A stretch of DNA of 64,000 nucleotides from Stegostoma tigrinum (taxonomy: Eukaryota): positions 14,175,342 through 14,239,341 of the forward strand of contig NC_081391.1 in the NCBI RefSeq assembly GCF_030684315.1, given 5' to 3'. Numbering within the stretch: the first letter of the stretch is position 1; each line of letters begins with the position of its first letter. Position numbers and translations under genes: made by a program. Positions 45,801 to 59,277 of this stretch are shown one piece after another. Under the pieces are notes generated by a model. That model saw only the letters and a program-made list of their open reading frames with translations, searched no databases and was not told the DNA's origin.

Positions 45801-47154
45801 ATTCTCCCCATCTCCTGTCCCAACTTCCCTCTGCTAACTGCCTCAGCCTGTTTGTCCTCCAGGGAAAACCCCAGCCAATCCAACACCTCAATGGATTTTC
45901 CACCTGAGGGACCTTCCTGTCCTTCTGATAGTGGTCCTGTTCACAACACCATTGCTTCTTTGACCTGGCCAAAATTTGAGTGGGAGAAGAAATGGCTGCC
46001 CTTGGGGTGTGGCTTCCATCCATCAGTAACAGGATGATGACATCCTGAAGGCAGGTGCAGGAAGTGAAGTGCTTCTGTCTTTCACCCATCATTCGGTCTA
46101 CATCTTGTGCAAGAACTATACTGTCTAAATTCTGCGTGATAATCTCAAACACGCTCATTTGTTCCAGGCTTCGGTGAAATCAAACGTACACTCGGGTTGA
46201 AAGTTCAAGGTCTGCTGCTAATAACGTGGCTGGACTCTTTTAGTTTTAAAGCAGTTCTGTTTGTACCAAGTACAATCAGACAAGATCCGTGTGTCTGTGT
46301 GCTCCTACCATTAGACATGACGACAGTGATTGCTTTCCCTTTACGTGAAGGGTCAATTGTTGAACAAGGGTGCTGCATGTAATGGGGAACAGTGAGGTTT
46401 GTCCTGGAGCTTAGCTGTCCTTCTTTCCATCCTCAGAAGCCAGAGAGGGATGAGTGGAGTAACAGCCTGCAGGCAATGCAGGTTGCCCTGGATCTGGAGA
46501 AGAATGTGAACCAGAGTTTGCTGGATCTACACCGACTCGCCACAGCCCAGACTGACCCTCACGTAAGCTTCACCTCCTCCTCATTCTCATCACTGCTACA
46601 CCCTCAGGGCAACACTTCATTGGTTGGTCTTTGTGGTCTGGAAATTCACTGCTGTGACACTTTGCCTGGCTGACATTGGACCTGAAGTGATCATGCTGAG
46701 GATCTGTGTTCACAGTTGTTAAAATGGGAATTTGGATCAGTATCTGGAAGGAGTGTTGAACTGATACTGGCCACTGAATTCTCGTTTAGTATCATTGTCC
46801 ATCACAATCCACCTCCATTCCATTTCACAAACAGCAAGAGGGAGCAGCTGAAATCCTATTGTCCTCACTGCCAAATATTCTCCAGGTGCTGGCTTGAATT
46901 TTCAGGGCTGTTGAGAGAGGGTATGGTGAAATGTTTTGCAGTGGGAATTCTGAATTTGTCTTTAATAGTGATCACAATTTGTCATTCCTCTGTTGCAGCT
47001 GTGTGACTTCCTGGAGACTCACTATTTGGATGAGGAGGTGGAGATCATCAAGCAACTTGGGGACTACATCACCAACCTGAAGCGCCTGGGAGCCCCTGAG
47101 AATGGGATGGGAGAGTACCTGTTTGACAGGCTCTCCCTGGAGGACAGCAGTTAG
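42823..47154 (+). CDS. Ferritin subunit, copy 6 (type D); exons 42823-42924, 45239-45385, 46437-46562, 46999-47154; intact
   Basis: Open spliced frame, GT-AG boundaries, AATAAA 47281. The TATA position reads GAGAAAAAAG (about 42714-42723), so the TATA box is lost. Confidence 0.93.
43710..44876 (-). mobile_element. CR1-clade LINE 3' fragment in intron 1 of copy 6 (duplicate of 28940-30110)
   Basis: [12 protein letters not shown]...[15 protein letters not shown]; same insertion site as in copy 4. Confidence 0.9.
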
Positions 47155-47705
47155 TGTGGCCTGGAGTACTGTCTGCTTGGTCTGAATGCATTCCCCACTT
47201 CACCCTGGGTAATCTGTCACCTTTCAGGGAGAAGGGGCTTGTCGCAAAGAATGTAATGGCTGTACCAGCTGAATGGAATGAATAAAATGATGTATTTATC
47301 TTGCTTATTTTCCCTCATTCAGATTACTAAATATTTTGGGAGATGTCACTGAGCTTGAAGCCTGTTTATCGTTCTCTAATTTGGCTGATCCAATTAGTAA
47401 ATGGACTCAGCAAAACTTCTAGGTCTTACCCCATCCCCTGAATGTTGGAAAGTAGCAAGATGGAGTTCCTTGTTGTGGTCCCAAAGAAAAATTCAAGATA
47501 TTCTCCTCAAATAGGTTAAGTTGGGGGTTTGTCAATTGTGGGGTGGCACTTCTGGAGGACAACTGGCACATTTCTGGCTACGGGCCATTCGGATCATTAA
47601 AATCTGCATTGACACTATGAACAGCATCATGTTCAGTTCTTCCCCCCCCAGCCCCCACATTTCCCATGGCTAATTTACCCAGATTGTATGACCCCTTGTC
47701 ACTAT

Positions 47706-48258
47706 TGGTAATTTAGCACGGCCAGTACACCTACTCCACATGTTGTTTGACTGTGGTGGGAGACTGGAACAGGTGAAGGAAATCCACACAGACATGAGGC
47801 AAATGTACAAACTCTGCTCAGACAGTTTTCCCCCAGGCTAGAATCAACCTTGGGCTCCTGGTGTGGTGAGGTAACAGTGCTAATCGCTGAGGCCCTTTCA
47901 CCCCCTAAAGTACCAAACAAAGGAGGAGGAGGCTGTTGCAAAGTCAGAGCCATCCATCATGGAAATAGACTCTTACGCACAACATGTCCTTGCTGACCAG
48001 GTTTCCACAAATTGTGTCGTGCTATTTGCCTACTTGCTGTCCAAATCCCTCTTAAACAGTTAAATCCCTCTAAATCGTTCCATCCCATATACATGTCCAA
48101 AGTCTTGAAATTGTACGCAAACCTATCGTTTCTGTTGGCAACTTCTTCCAGACACGCACCACCCTCTTTGTGAAAACGTTCCCCCTCAGTCCCTTTTAGA
48201 TCTTTCCCCTCTCCCCTCAAACCGATGCCCTCTAGTTTTGGACTCCTCCTACCCTGTC
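47706..48258 (-). mobile_element. HE1-type SINE plus CR1 3' fragment (spacer before copy 7)
   Basis: Duplicate of 32952-33499. Confidence 0.7.
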
Positions 48259-49477
48259 CTCGCATGCTTTTTATATACAGTCAATCTTGAGTGTGCCAAG
48301 GGCAAGGCAACATTTTGTGTTCAGCAACTGTTACACTTCAGGAGGTAGTGATGAGCTGGTTATTACAGTCCACCTGGTGTGGGGGAGTCCGGAATGATGC
48401 TGCTGCTGAGGAGGGGCTTCTAGGATTTTCATTCACAAACAGGGATAGTGTTCCTGGCGATAGATTTACTTCAAGCTGCTTGAGTGAGGTAGGGGCTGCA
48501 CTGAGCCAGAAAATTCTGAACTGTTCCATAAATATTCATTAACACATCCTGACCCCAATGTTATACATGGTGGACAGGCTTTGGAAAGTCAAAAGTTGAA
48601 TACTTTGGAACAGAGTTCCCAGCCTGTGACCTACCAGTTTCTGAGCTGTATGTTCAGCAGAATGCAATGTAAACAGCACCAGACACTCTCTGCTCAGAAA
48701 CAGACTGGAGTTAAGCGCTAACACGGTGGAGCTGGATGAACACAGCAGGCCCGGAAGCATCAGAGGATCAGGAAAAGCTGATGATTCAGATAGGGACCCT
48801 TCTTCAGTAAAGGGAGATTCAGCACATTTCTGAAGAAGCTTCCTGACCCGAAACATCAGCTTTCCTGCTCCGCTGATGCTGCCTGGCCTGCTGTGTGCAT
48901 CCAGTTCCACATTGTGTTATCTCTGACTCCAGCAACAGCAGTTCTTACTATCCGTGAGGAAGTTCAGCGCTGGTCATCCTCGAAGTGATTAAAAACTGAA
49001 CACGGAGATAAAAGTGCTGAACGTGCAGTATAATTCTCACAGCTATCTCCTGGTCCATTTACGTATAGAGCCTGAGGCCTGTTGTGTGTCTGAGACACTC
49101 AGCACCTTTCGCATTTTGATTTTTCAATCTGGCCTACTCAGATCCACAGTCGACGAGATCTCGGCAGATTCAGAATGGATCCACAATGTACATCAGTTGT
49201 CTGTATTAAATGGTCCGAAAGCACATGGATTCTGTTGCTGTAGCTCAATAGGAAAATGTTTACTGTTGACAAAATCTGGCCATTTCTCACTGGGCTCCAA
49301 CACTGTTGTTCAAAAGGTACAAAGACTAATCCCTCAGAGTAACAAACTGACAGAATTCAGCAAATCTGTGATGAGTGTTTATTAAGAAATAGCCTCAGAT
49401 ACAAAAGCGAAGTTTTAGAGTGTATTTTATTCTCATTTTCAGGGAGATGTACTTCCAGAATTTGCACTTGTGCAGGA

Positions 49478-49656
49478 GGTCAATCAGCAATTCCATCATC
49501 GACCAGTTGTCAATTCTGATCGGTTTCTGGATCCAATTCCCATCCTGCACTGATTGGACGTGGCAGCTGATCAACTGATTAACAAGAGTGATTGGCCATC
49601 ACTGATGATGTCATTTCCTGCTTCATAAAATGATGGTCTGCATTGGGGTATAAATA
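49478..49656 (+). promoter_or_regulatory. Proximal promoter of copy 7
   Basis: Same block as copy 1; TATAAA 49649. Confidence 0.55.
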
Positions 49657-49743
49657 ATGTCCTAAGAGAGTGATGTTTTAGGTGTAGTTGGTTTTCTTTC
49701 CAAGTTTGTTGTGCTGGGTTAGGAAAGCAGTTTGTGTCACAAG

Positions 49744-52700
49744 ATGGCCTCCCAAATCAGTCAGAACTATCACCAGGATTGTGAAGCTGCTGTCAACAAG
49801 CAGATTAATGTGGAGCTCACTGCCTCCTATCTCTATCAGTCTTTGGTGAGTGCTGTCCCTGTGGTGTTGGAGTTAAATCTGTTATGGTTAAGTCAACAGT
49901 TTTTCTTGTTTGTAACTAACTTCGAACTACTGTAGATAGTGTTTTATATTTCCCTCCTATTTAAACACCAGGAGAAATCTAATGCTATTAGAAAAATGTG
50001 GTATGACACTGATATACAGTAACTGGGCCCCTCTTGACTTTCAGTGACTGTCTGGTGGGTGAAGTGCTTTGAGAAATACATCTTGTAATTCACTGTCAGG
50101 TTTGTGACTGGCAGTAACTGTCACTATCTCTGAAGATTATCATAACTCAACAGTACTTTAGAAAGAAGATAACTGAGCGTGGGGCTGGATAAACACAACA
50201 GGCCAAGCAGCATCTCAGGAGCATAAAAGCTGATGTTTTGTGCCTGGACCCTTCGTGCTGCTTGGCCTGCTGTGTTCATCCAGCCTGATGCTTTGTTTTC
50301 TTGGATTCTCCAGCTATTGCTGTTCCCATTATTTGAGTCTTTTGGAAAGAAGCTGGGATAACCATTAGTTCATTAGCCTCCTGTTCTAATCTGTCCTGGT
50401 GTATCTGTTTTGTCTTGTGATGCATGTGAACAAACCAGGGTTATATTTCCTGTTGGAGAAAGGTGTCATAGTGACTGTCCAGAATGACCAAATCTGATTT
50501 GCCTCAGCCTTCAGGGTTGGGCTGTGACTCCCTGCCTGTTCAAATAGGTTTCCAGTGAGGCCTGTTTTGGCTTTTTGCTCTCCTCCATGAGGTGGGTGTG
50601 ACCCATTCTCTCTCAACCTACAGACAATTGATCTGCTGTAGTGTGATATATTGGAGCCTCCTGGGTCTACAGGAATGTGCTGAGCTTGTTGAGCCATTGA
50701 AGCAAGGCTTTTCCCATACCACCTCTCCTGGTCTGAAACAAGCCAGCCCCTTTGACCAGCTGGTGGTGTGCCTGTGCCCTTCCTAGGGGGAGAATATGTT
50801 TGGAAGGTGAGAGCTGCAGGGGACCTGGTAGATAATGGACCCTGAAAGGAGGTGGTGAATGCACTCCCCATGAAGTGGGCTGCTCTGTTCTGGATGCTGT
50901 CTGCTTCTTGCATGTTGTAGCTCCACTTCTCCAGACACATGGAGAATATTCATCACTCACTGGGCTTGTGCCTGTTGGAAGGAAGAAGTTTCCAATGACA
51001 TGAGGGTCAAGTCCCTGTAAGCCCACTTTGGGACGTGGGAACAGCTTTTCCTGCTGAACCAGGTGGGTTTTAATCACTGGCCAGTGTGCCTACTCAACAA
51101 AAATTGTGCTAATATAAAATCCTCACTATTCTTCACATGTCACATGTAACAAGACAATTAAATCACACTTTAATCCACCAAGGCAAATCGTCAAGAGCAA
51201 CTTCTCACCAGGTTTCTTCCCTCAGAACAATACTCATCTGCTTTATGAAGCAGCCAATAAAGTGTTCACTGTTATTCCAGCTTGTTATTCAAGTGTGATG
51301 TCAGTTTAGAATGAGTGCAAGGGGTGGGTCAAGTCTAGAATTTAACCTGTACAAATGGGTCAAATCAGGTTTTCCAGCTTCATGTTAACGAGTGACATGA
51401 TCTGCAGAACAATAGTTCATCTAAAGGTCTCTCTGACCTTGCTTCAGTTTGTTTTAAGCAGTGATGCTTGTTTGCAAGCTTCTAGATGTGAGTGTGCTAC
51501 ATAAATGGGTGTAGTAGTCTATTGCAGTAACAACCCAATGGCTGTCACGGGGCAGGATTTCCTTTGCAGAATCTTGGTTCCACTTTTGCTCTTTCTCCTC
51601 CTCCCATAATGCCAACAGCATCTCTTGCAGAGCTATCATCCAATCCGATTGATCTCCAGGTTGGAGAAGACTCGCTCCCTCCTGGTTATATTATTACAGC
51701 AGTGCCCAGTGTCTGTATGTTACTTTAGCCCTAAAGGAGAAATGTAGTGTCGTGCAGCTGCCCCACCCTGAGTCCATCCTGCACATCAACTCCTGGCTAT
51801 TCCTCCAATTCTGTGACATCCATCAGTGGAAACATGAATTCAGCTTTTCTCAGCATAGGCTGTGCCAGACCACCCCCACCCTGAGCAATTTGATAGTGCT
51901 TTCAAACCCAAACATGGTAACTGGAGGAAGCTGGGTTTGTCTAGATTGATCCAGTTAACAGATCTGCCGGCAAATTGAACCACACTAGGTTCACAGGCCA
52001 ATTTTCTGTATCCAGACTTTGACAGCTGGCTGAATCATCAGTTTGCTTTTGAAGGATAAACCAGATCTGCAGTTCTGAACTACGTTCAGGCCCAGTGGTA
52101 CATTTTAATGGGCTTTAACTTCTCTCTCTGGTCCAGATGTCCTACTTTGACCGGGACGATGTTGCCCTCCCTCGTTTCTCCCGGTTCTTCAAAGATCAGT
52201 CCCAGGAGAAGCAGGAACATGCAGAGAAGCTGCTGAAATTCCAGAATCAGCGTGGAGGCAGAGTCCTCCTCCAAGATGTGAAGGTTGGAGTTGGGAAGAG
52301 ATGGTTGGGTGGGGTGAGGTTTCAAGTCAATGACCAGCATGTCTCTCACTGAAAAGTGAGACATGCTACCATTTGGCTTCCCGGTTTCTTCTGAAATGCC
52401 AGAAATCTCTCAAACAAGCCCTTTGGCCCACCATGCCTATGCTGACCCAACAAACACCCAACCACATTAATCCCATCTACCTGCACTTGGACTGCAGCCC
52501 ACGATGAGGTGGCATTAAGTAGTTGTCCAGATGTTGCTGGAGTAGCTGCCTCCACTCGGGTGTTGCATTTCACAAACCTACTTGTGTTTTTTAGGAGGAG
52601 TTGGAGGTGGTGGGTTCCTCCAACCTGGAGCCTCACCTGCACCCCGTCCAGTGTTTATCCTGTCCCTGTGATTGTAGTTCTGGTCACCACACTGGCCAGG

Positions 52701-54170
52701 TCAAAGATGGAAGACAATGCTGCCTAGTTTCTGACCAGACTTGGGCCACCCAATAGGGACAGGCATCATGTAGGCCAACTTCACCCTCTGGTTGACCTTT
52801 GCTGATCCTTGAGGGGTCAATGGTCTTGGGCACTTTGGTATCTCTGCTCCTTACCATTAAAAACCCTGCTGTCCCTTGAATGAATCAAACAGTGATGTGT
52901 CTGATCCTGCTGATCAGACAGGGATGAAACAACAAGCAGAGGTGGGACTTCAACCTGGGCCCTGTGTACCAGAAATGGGGACAGTACCACAGCACCAAGA
53001 GTCCTTGTGATTAGGCTGTGCATGTCCTGATCCAAACTCCAGCAGATGGACACTGGTGTAATCCATCACCTTTGTGCAAATTAAATCCTTATCCCCATGA
53101 TGACATGGTCCTGGACTTCCCCATTCAGATCAAGGATAAATGGGGAAAGGTGAAAGCAGTACCCAAGTAACTTTGATCTTCATCTGGACCTCAGGGATGG
53201 CAGAGTGGCTCAGTGATCAGCACTGCTGCCTCACTGCCAGGGACCCAGGTTTGGTTCTGGCCTTGGGTGAATGATTGGAATTCACATTTCTCCTTGCATG
53301 GGTTTCCTCCCACAGTCCAATGATGTGCTGGTTAGGAGGATAGGTCATGGGAAGTGAGGGGTTGCAGAATTGGGTGGGAGTCTTTTCAGGGGGTATTGAT
53401 GGTCTCAATGGGCTGAATGGCCTGCTCCCATGCTGCAGGGATTCTGTTTCTGAAGCTTAACTGTACTTCTCTCCATCCTCAGAAGCCAGAGAGGGATGAG
53501 TGGGGTAACAGCCTGCAGGCAATGCAGGTTGCCCTGGATCTGGAGAAGAGTGTGAACCAGAGTTTGCTGGATCTACACCAACTCGCCACAGCCCAGACTG
53601 ACCCTCATGTAAGCTTCACCTCCTCATTCTCATCACTGCTGGACCCTCAGGGCAACACTTCATTGGTTGGTCTTTGTGGTTTGGAAATTCACTGCTGAAA
53701 CAGTTTTTGTCTGGATATGACATTGCTATCACTATATTCACTCCAAGTACAATGTCACAACTGCTCAGCCATGAGTGAAATGGGGAATTTGGGTTATAAT
53801 CTAGTGGGAGTGCTGAAGTGATATTGGCCACTGAATTCCCATTCGGGGCCACTCGAGTTGAAATACTAGTGTCCTCACTGGCACAAACTCTCCAGCTATT
53901 GGCTGCACTTTGAGGACTGTCTGGAGTTAGTCATGGCTGAGTCTCTTGCAGTGGGAATTCTGAAATTGTCCTGTGCCATGTTAATGCACAAGTTGTCATA
54001 TTCCTCTGTTGCAGCTGTGTGACTTCCTGGAGACCCACTATTTGGATGAGGAGGTGAGGATCATCAAGCAACTTGGGGACTACATCACCAACCTGAAGCG
54101 CCTGGGAGCCCCTGAGAATGGGATGGGAGAGTACCTGTTTGACAGGCTCTCCCTGGAGGACAGCAGTTAG
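49744..54170 (+). CDS. Ferritin subunit, copy 7 (type A); exons 49744-49845, 52137-52283, 53483-53608, 54015-54170; intact
   Basis: Nearly identical to copy 1 (EKS vs EKN in exon 3); TATAAA 49649; AATAAA 54298. Confidence 0.95.
53194..53446 (+). mobile_element. HE1-type SINE in intron 2 of copy 7
   Basis: Paralogous to 5190-5442. Confidence 0.7.
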
Positions 54171-55770
54171 TGTGGCCTGGAGTACTGTCTGCTTGGTCTG
54201 AATGCATTCCCCACTTCACCCTGGACAACCTGTCTCCTTCCAGGGAGAAGGGACTTGTAGCAAAGAAAGTAATGGCTGTACCAGCTGAATGGGAATGAAT
54301 AAAATCATGTGTTGATCTTGCCTATTGTCCATCATTCAGAGCCCTGTATAATCTTGGTAGTTATCCTGAGAGATTGAAGCTTTTAATTTTTCTGCAGTTT
54401 GTTTGTTTGTTTTTTTTTTTTGCTGATCAAATTACTAATTGGGCTGAACATCTCATTGGTTCTATCCTCCATCCCACTCCGTCCTCTGTCAGACAGGGAT
54501 TACAAGAGGAGGTTGCTCTGGCCTGTGAATCAATGATATTCCTCCAAGCAGAACTTGAGGATATTGGGGTATTGTCGGGTGGAACTTGCTCTTAGCAGTT
54601 GTGTTTTTATAAAATTACATTTCTGGATGTGATGCATACAATAGGAGTGGGGGGGGAAAATCTTCCCTCTTATGGAAAGGGAGTTCTCCTGCTCTTCACA
54701 AAGGAAGAGGAGACACCCAGTCTCATGAATATCTGACAACCCTGTTTCCACGTTCACTTTGTCTGTCAAAGAGCTTTGCTTCTTTTCCCCCTCCCCACAA
54801 GCCAAGATTTATTGCTGGTGCGAAAGGTAAATGCCAATTTGAAGACAATGCTAAGTGAGCTGCTACTGCAATAGTTGCTGTTACTGAAGACCTAACCAGG
54901 GAGGTGGTGGGATGAGCTCATTGGGCAACAATGCCATCTTTCTTGGGCAGGGGAGAATACAATGACAGTAAATTGTCCTGGCACTGTTAGGATTCACCTA
55001 TAGATGTAGCTTCAGGCAGAGCTAAGGGTCAAACCAGCCCTGGGACATGTACTCTTGGTTGTGGGTTTTTCCTTCCCCACTCACCCACCAGAGCCTCCCC
55101 TAATCCTGCCGTTAGCAATTGGGCATGTTGGCCAGCTCATGCTTTCTTCGTCTGACATAAATATGCTGGTCCTACTGCTCGCTTTGATTCACTACCCACT
55201 GCAATCAGGGAGTTAATCCCGAGTGGCGCCATGTTTCCCAGAAGCAACCCAAAGTTTTCATGAAGTGGCTTATTCATTCCTCTTTTCTTGGCCTGTTTAT
55301 AGGATTCACTTCAGAATCAGCACATTCTCTCATTGCCACCTCCACCAGGAGAAGAGTGGCCTGGGAGTAACACAGCAACGCTCATGGTTACATGCTGTTG
55401 TTTGATTGGCTCTTGCTGCTAAAGCCAGCATTGAGCGCACTCAGCTCCTCCCTTTGTTCCTCTGAGCTTCCCCTGTGCTGCAGGTTGCCTTGACCCAGTG
55501 ATGGAGAATGAGCAGCGATTTCTGTTCAACTTGGGAATGGTGTGACTGAGGGAGGAAACCTGGAGCTGCATACCATCCTGTACAGCTGATTACTTCATCG
55601 TTTGAGCTGTCAGAGACGTTCTGGGGATTACCACTGCGTTTTGCAGCTCCTGTGCAATACAGACTTTGTAGGGGGCGCGGCTCTAATGTGGCTCAACATA
55701 TCTGTTACGTCACACAAATCCTTTTAATTTTGACCAATCTCAATTCTTGGCAATGGTGTCCCTGTTAGCC

Positions 55771-57318
55771 CATAAGACATAGGAGTGTAAGTAAGGCCAT
55801 ACAGCCCATTAAGACCACTTCCCCATTTAAATCATGGCTGATGGGCATTTCAACACCACTTCCCTGCACTCTTCCCCCCTCGCCCATGATTCCTTATGAG
55901 ATCGAGAATTTGTCGATCTCTGCCTTGAACGCATCCAACGTCCCGGCCTCCGCTGCACTCTGTGGCAATGAATTCCACAAGCACACCACTCTCTAGCTGA
56001 AGAAATGTCATCTCATTTCGTTTTTAAATTTCCCCCCTCTAATTCCCAACCATCAATCCAAGCCAGTAGCTCACCTCGAACACCATGGGCCTTCACCTTG
56101 CTCAGCAGCCTCCCGTGAGGCACCGTATCAAAGGCCTTTTCAAAGTCTACACAGATAACATCTACTGAGTTTCCCTGGTCTAACATACTTGTTAGCTCTT
56201 CAAAGAATTCTAACAGGTTTGTCAGGCACGACCTCCCCTTACTAAATTCATGCTGACTTGTCCTAATCTGACTTTGCACTTCCAGGAATTTAGAAATCTC
56301 ATCATTGACCATGGATTCTAGAATTTTACCAACTACCGAGGTTAGGCTAATCGGCCGAAAATTTTCCATCTTTTGCCTTGATCCTTTCTCAAACAAGAGG
56401 GTTACAACAGCAATTTTCCAATCACCTTGGACTTGCCCTGACTCCAGTGACTTTTGAAAGATCACGACCAAAACCTCCACTATTTCCTCAGCCACCTCCC
56501 TCAGAACTCAAGGATGTTGCCCATCGGGGCCAGGAGATTTATTAATTTTTAGACCTTTTAGCTTTTCCAGCACTTTCTCTTTTGTAATGCATACCATACT
56601 CAACTCTGCACCCTGGCTCCCCCTAATTGTTGGCATACTACTCACGTCTTCCACTGTGAAGACTGACGCAAAGTACTGATTAAGTCCTTCAGCTATTTCC
56701 TTATCTCCCATCACTAGCCTTCCAGCATCAATTTGGAGCGGCCCAATGTCTACTTTTGCCTCTCGTTTGTTTCTTATGTATTGAAAGAAGCTTTTACTAT
56801 CGTTTCTAATATTACTAGCTAGCCTACCTTCATATTTCATCTTCTCCTTCCTTATTGCTCTCTTTGTTATCCTCTGTCTGTTTTTGGAGCCTTCCCAATC
56901 TTCTGATACACCAGTGCTCTTGGCCACTTTATAGGCTGTCTCTTTTACTTTGATATATTTCCTGACTTCCTTTGTCAGCCATGGCTGTCTAATCCCACCC
57001 CGGATAATCTTTCTTTTCTTTGGGATGAACCTCTGTGCTGTGTCCTCAATTACACCTGGAAACTCCTGCCATTGTTGCTCTGCTGTCTTCCCCGCTTGGC
57101 TCTGCTTCCACTCGATTTTCGTCAATTCCTCTCTCATGCCCGTGTAATTACCTTTATTTAACTGTAACACCATTACATCCGATTTTGTCTTCTCTCTTTC
57201 AAACTGCAGACTGAACTCTACCATATTATGATCACTGCCACCGAAGTGTTTCCTTACTTTAAGGTCTTGTATAAAGTCTGGCTCATTACATAGCACTAAG
57301 TCCAGAATAGCCTGCTCC
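55771..57318 (-). mobile_element. Same CR1 insertion in the duplicated A-B spacer, with an internal deletion of about 0.8 kb
   Basis: Collinear with 7758-10097, but the equivalent of 8025-8822 is missing at junction 56044-56046 (ctctaatt-c-ccaaccatc). Confidence 0.92.
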
Positions 57319-57371
57319 CATTCTCTTAACACTGTCTCCCACAGCTTATCCAGCTCGCCACTTGTCACTGT

Positions 57372-57912
57372 CAGCAATTCAGCACTGCCTAAACACTTAA
57401 CCTGCAAATCGTTGCACTGTGGGAGAAAACAAGAACATGGGAGACACGGGGAGAATATGCAAACTCCACACAGACAGTTCCCGAAGGCTGTAATGGAACA
57501 CAGGCGCCTGGCGCTGGGAGGTAACCGTGCGAACCACTGAGCTACCATCACACCCTAATGTACCAAACAAAGGAATATGCTGATGCATTCTATGAGAGTC
57601 ATTGAGTCATACAGCCTGAAAACAGACCCTTCAGCCCAACCTGTCCATGCCGACCACGTTTCAACAACTGAACTCGTCCCACTTGCCCACGTTGAGCCCA
57701 TATCCCTCGAAACCATTCCGATAAATGTAAATCTCTAAATGTCTCTTCAATTTTGTAATTATACCCACTTCTTCCACTTCCTCTGGCAGCTCATTCCATA
57801 TACACCTCAACCTATCAGCGAAAAAGTTGTCCCTCAACAAGTTCTCCTTTTTGAATCTTTCCCCTCTCCTCTCAAACCGATGCCATCTAGTTTTGGACTC
57901 CCCTACCCTGTC
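57372..57912 (-). mobile_element. HE1-type SINE plus CR1 3' fragment (spacer before copy 8)
   Basis: Duplicate of 10149-10690. Confidence 0.7.
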
Positions 57913-58999
57913 CCAGCATGCTTTTTATATACAGTCAATCTCGAGTGTGCCAATGGCAAGGCTACATTTAGTGCACAGCAACTGTTACACTTCAGGAGGT
58001 GGTGATGAGCTGCTTATTACAGTCCACCTGGTGTGGGAGAGACCGGAATGATGCTGCTGCTGCCGCTGAGGAGGGGCTTCTGGGATTTTCATTCACAAAC
58101 AGGGATATTGTTCCAAGTCAGGATGGTGATGGATTTACATGGAGCTGCTTGAGCGTCATTGGGGCTGCATTAAGCCAGAAAATTGTACAGCGTTCCGTCA
58201 CCCTTCCTAACTTCAGTCTATTCGATAGTGGGCAGGCTTTGGAAAGTCAGGAGTTCAGCAATTCACAACAGAATTCCCAGCCTCTGGCTTGCTCTCATTG
58301 CCATGGGTATTCATAAAGTTTGACCTCTCACCATGGTTTGTACACATTATTGAAACTTGTGGGTCAATCCAATAAGATAGTGCTCGACTGCAATCTGCTT
58401 TTGAGGCTGGGAGGCCAGTTGCTCAGCTCCACAATCGAGACAATGCAATGTAAACAGAACCAGAAACTCTCACTTGGAAACATGCTTCAATTGAGGGCGG
58501 GTTCTGTTTTGAAAAATTAAAAACTGAACATGGAGATAGAAGTGTTCAACGTGCGATACATTTCCTGCAGCAATTCAGTAGGAAGGCCTGAGGCCTACCG
58601 TGTACCTGAAGCACTCAGCACATTTAGCATTTTGGTTTTCAAACCGTGCTTCCTCAGACCCAAGTCCAAACAGATCACAATAGATACAGAATTAATCCAC
58701 AAAGTAGATTGTTTTTCTGTATTAAATGGCCCAAAAGCATATGGGCTCCGTTGATGCACAGCAATGGGAAAATTTTACTGTTAACAAAACCTAGTCATTT
58801 TTCAATCGGCTACAAATCTGTGATTCAAAAGGTACAAAGACTAATCCCTCAGAGTAACAAACCGACAGAATTCAGCAAATCTGTGATGAGCGTGTCTTAA
58901 CACATAACCTCAGATACAAAGGTAAAGGTTCAGAGTCTATTTTGTTCTCATTTTCAGGGAGATGTACTTCCAGAATTTGTACTTATGCTGGAGGTCAAA

Positions 59000-59180
59000 G
59001 GTCATTCAGCAATTCCATCATCGACCAGTTGTCAATTCTGATCATTTTCTGGATCCAATTCCCATCCTGCACTGATTGGACGTGGCAGCTGATCAACTGA
59101 TTAACAAGAGTGATTGGCCATCACTGATGATGTCATTTCCTGCTTCAGAAAATGAGGGTCTGCTCCTGGAATATAAATAA
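59000..59180 (+). promoter_or_regulatory. Proximal promoter of copy 8
   Basis: Same block; TATAAA 59172. Confidence 0.55.
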
Positions 59181-59277
59181 CGTCCTAAAAGAGTGATGTT
59201 TTAGGTGAAGTTGGTTTTCCTTCTAAGTTTGTTGTTTTGTTGTGGAGGGAAAGGAAGCTCCTTTTTAAAATCACAAC

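Noticed and set aside
6015-54015. Exact 48,000-nt offset between exon 4 of copies 1 and 7, suggesting an artefact
   Set aside because: The offset drifts along the unit (48037, 48010, 48003, 48000) and the copies differ by many substitutions and indels, so it is coincidence.
56508-57551. 347-aa minus-strand ORF
   Set aside because: Chance in-frame fusion of SINE sequence to the CR1 endonuclease/linker remnant. The paralog has a stop at about 10122, and the RT downstream is interrupted and deleted.
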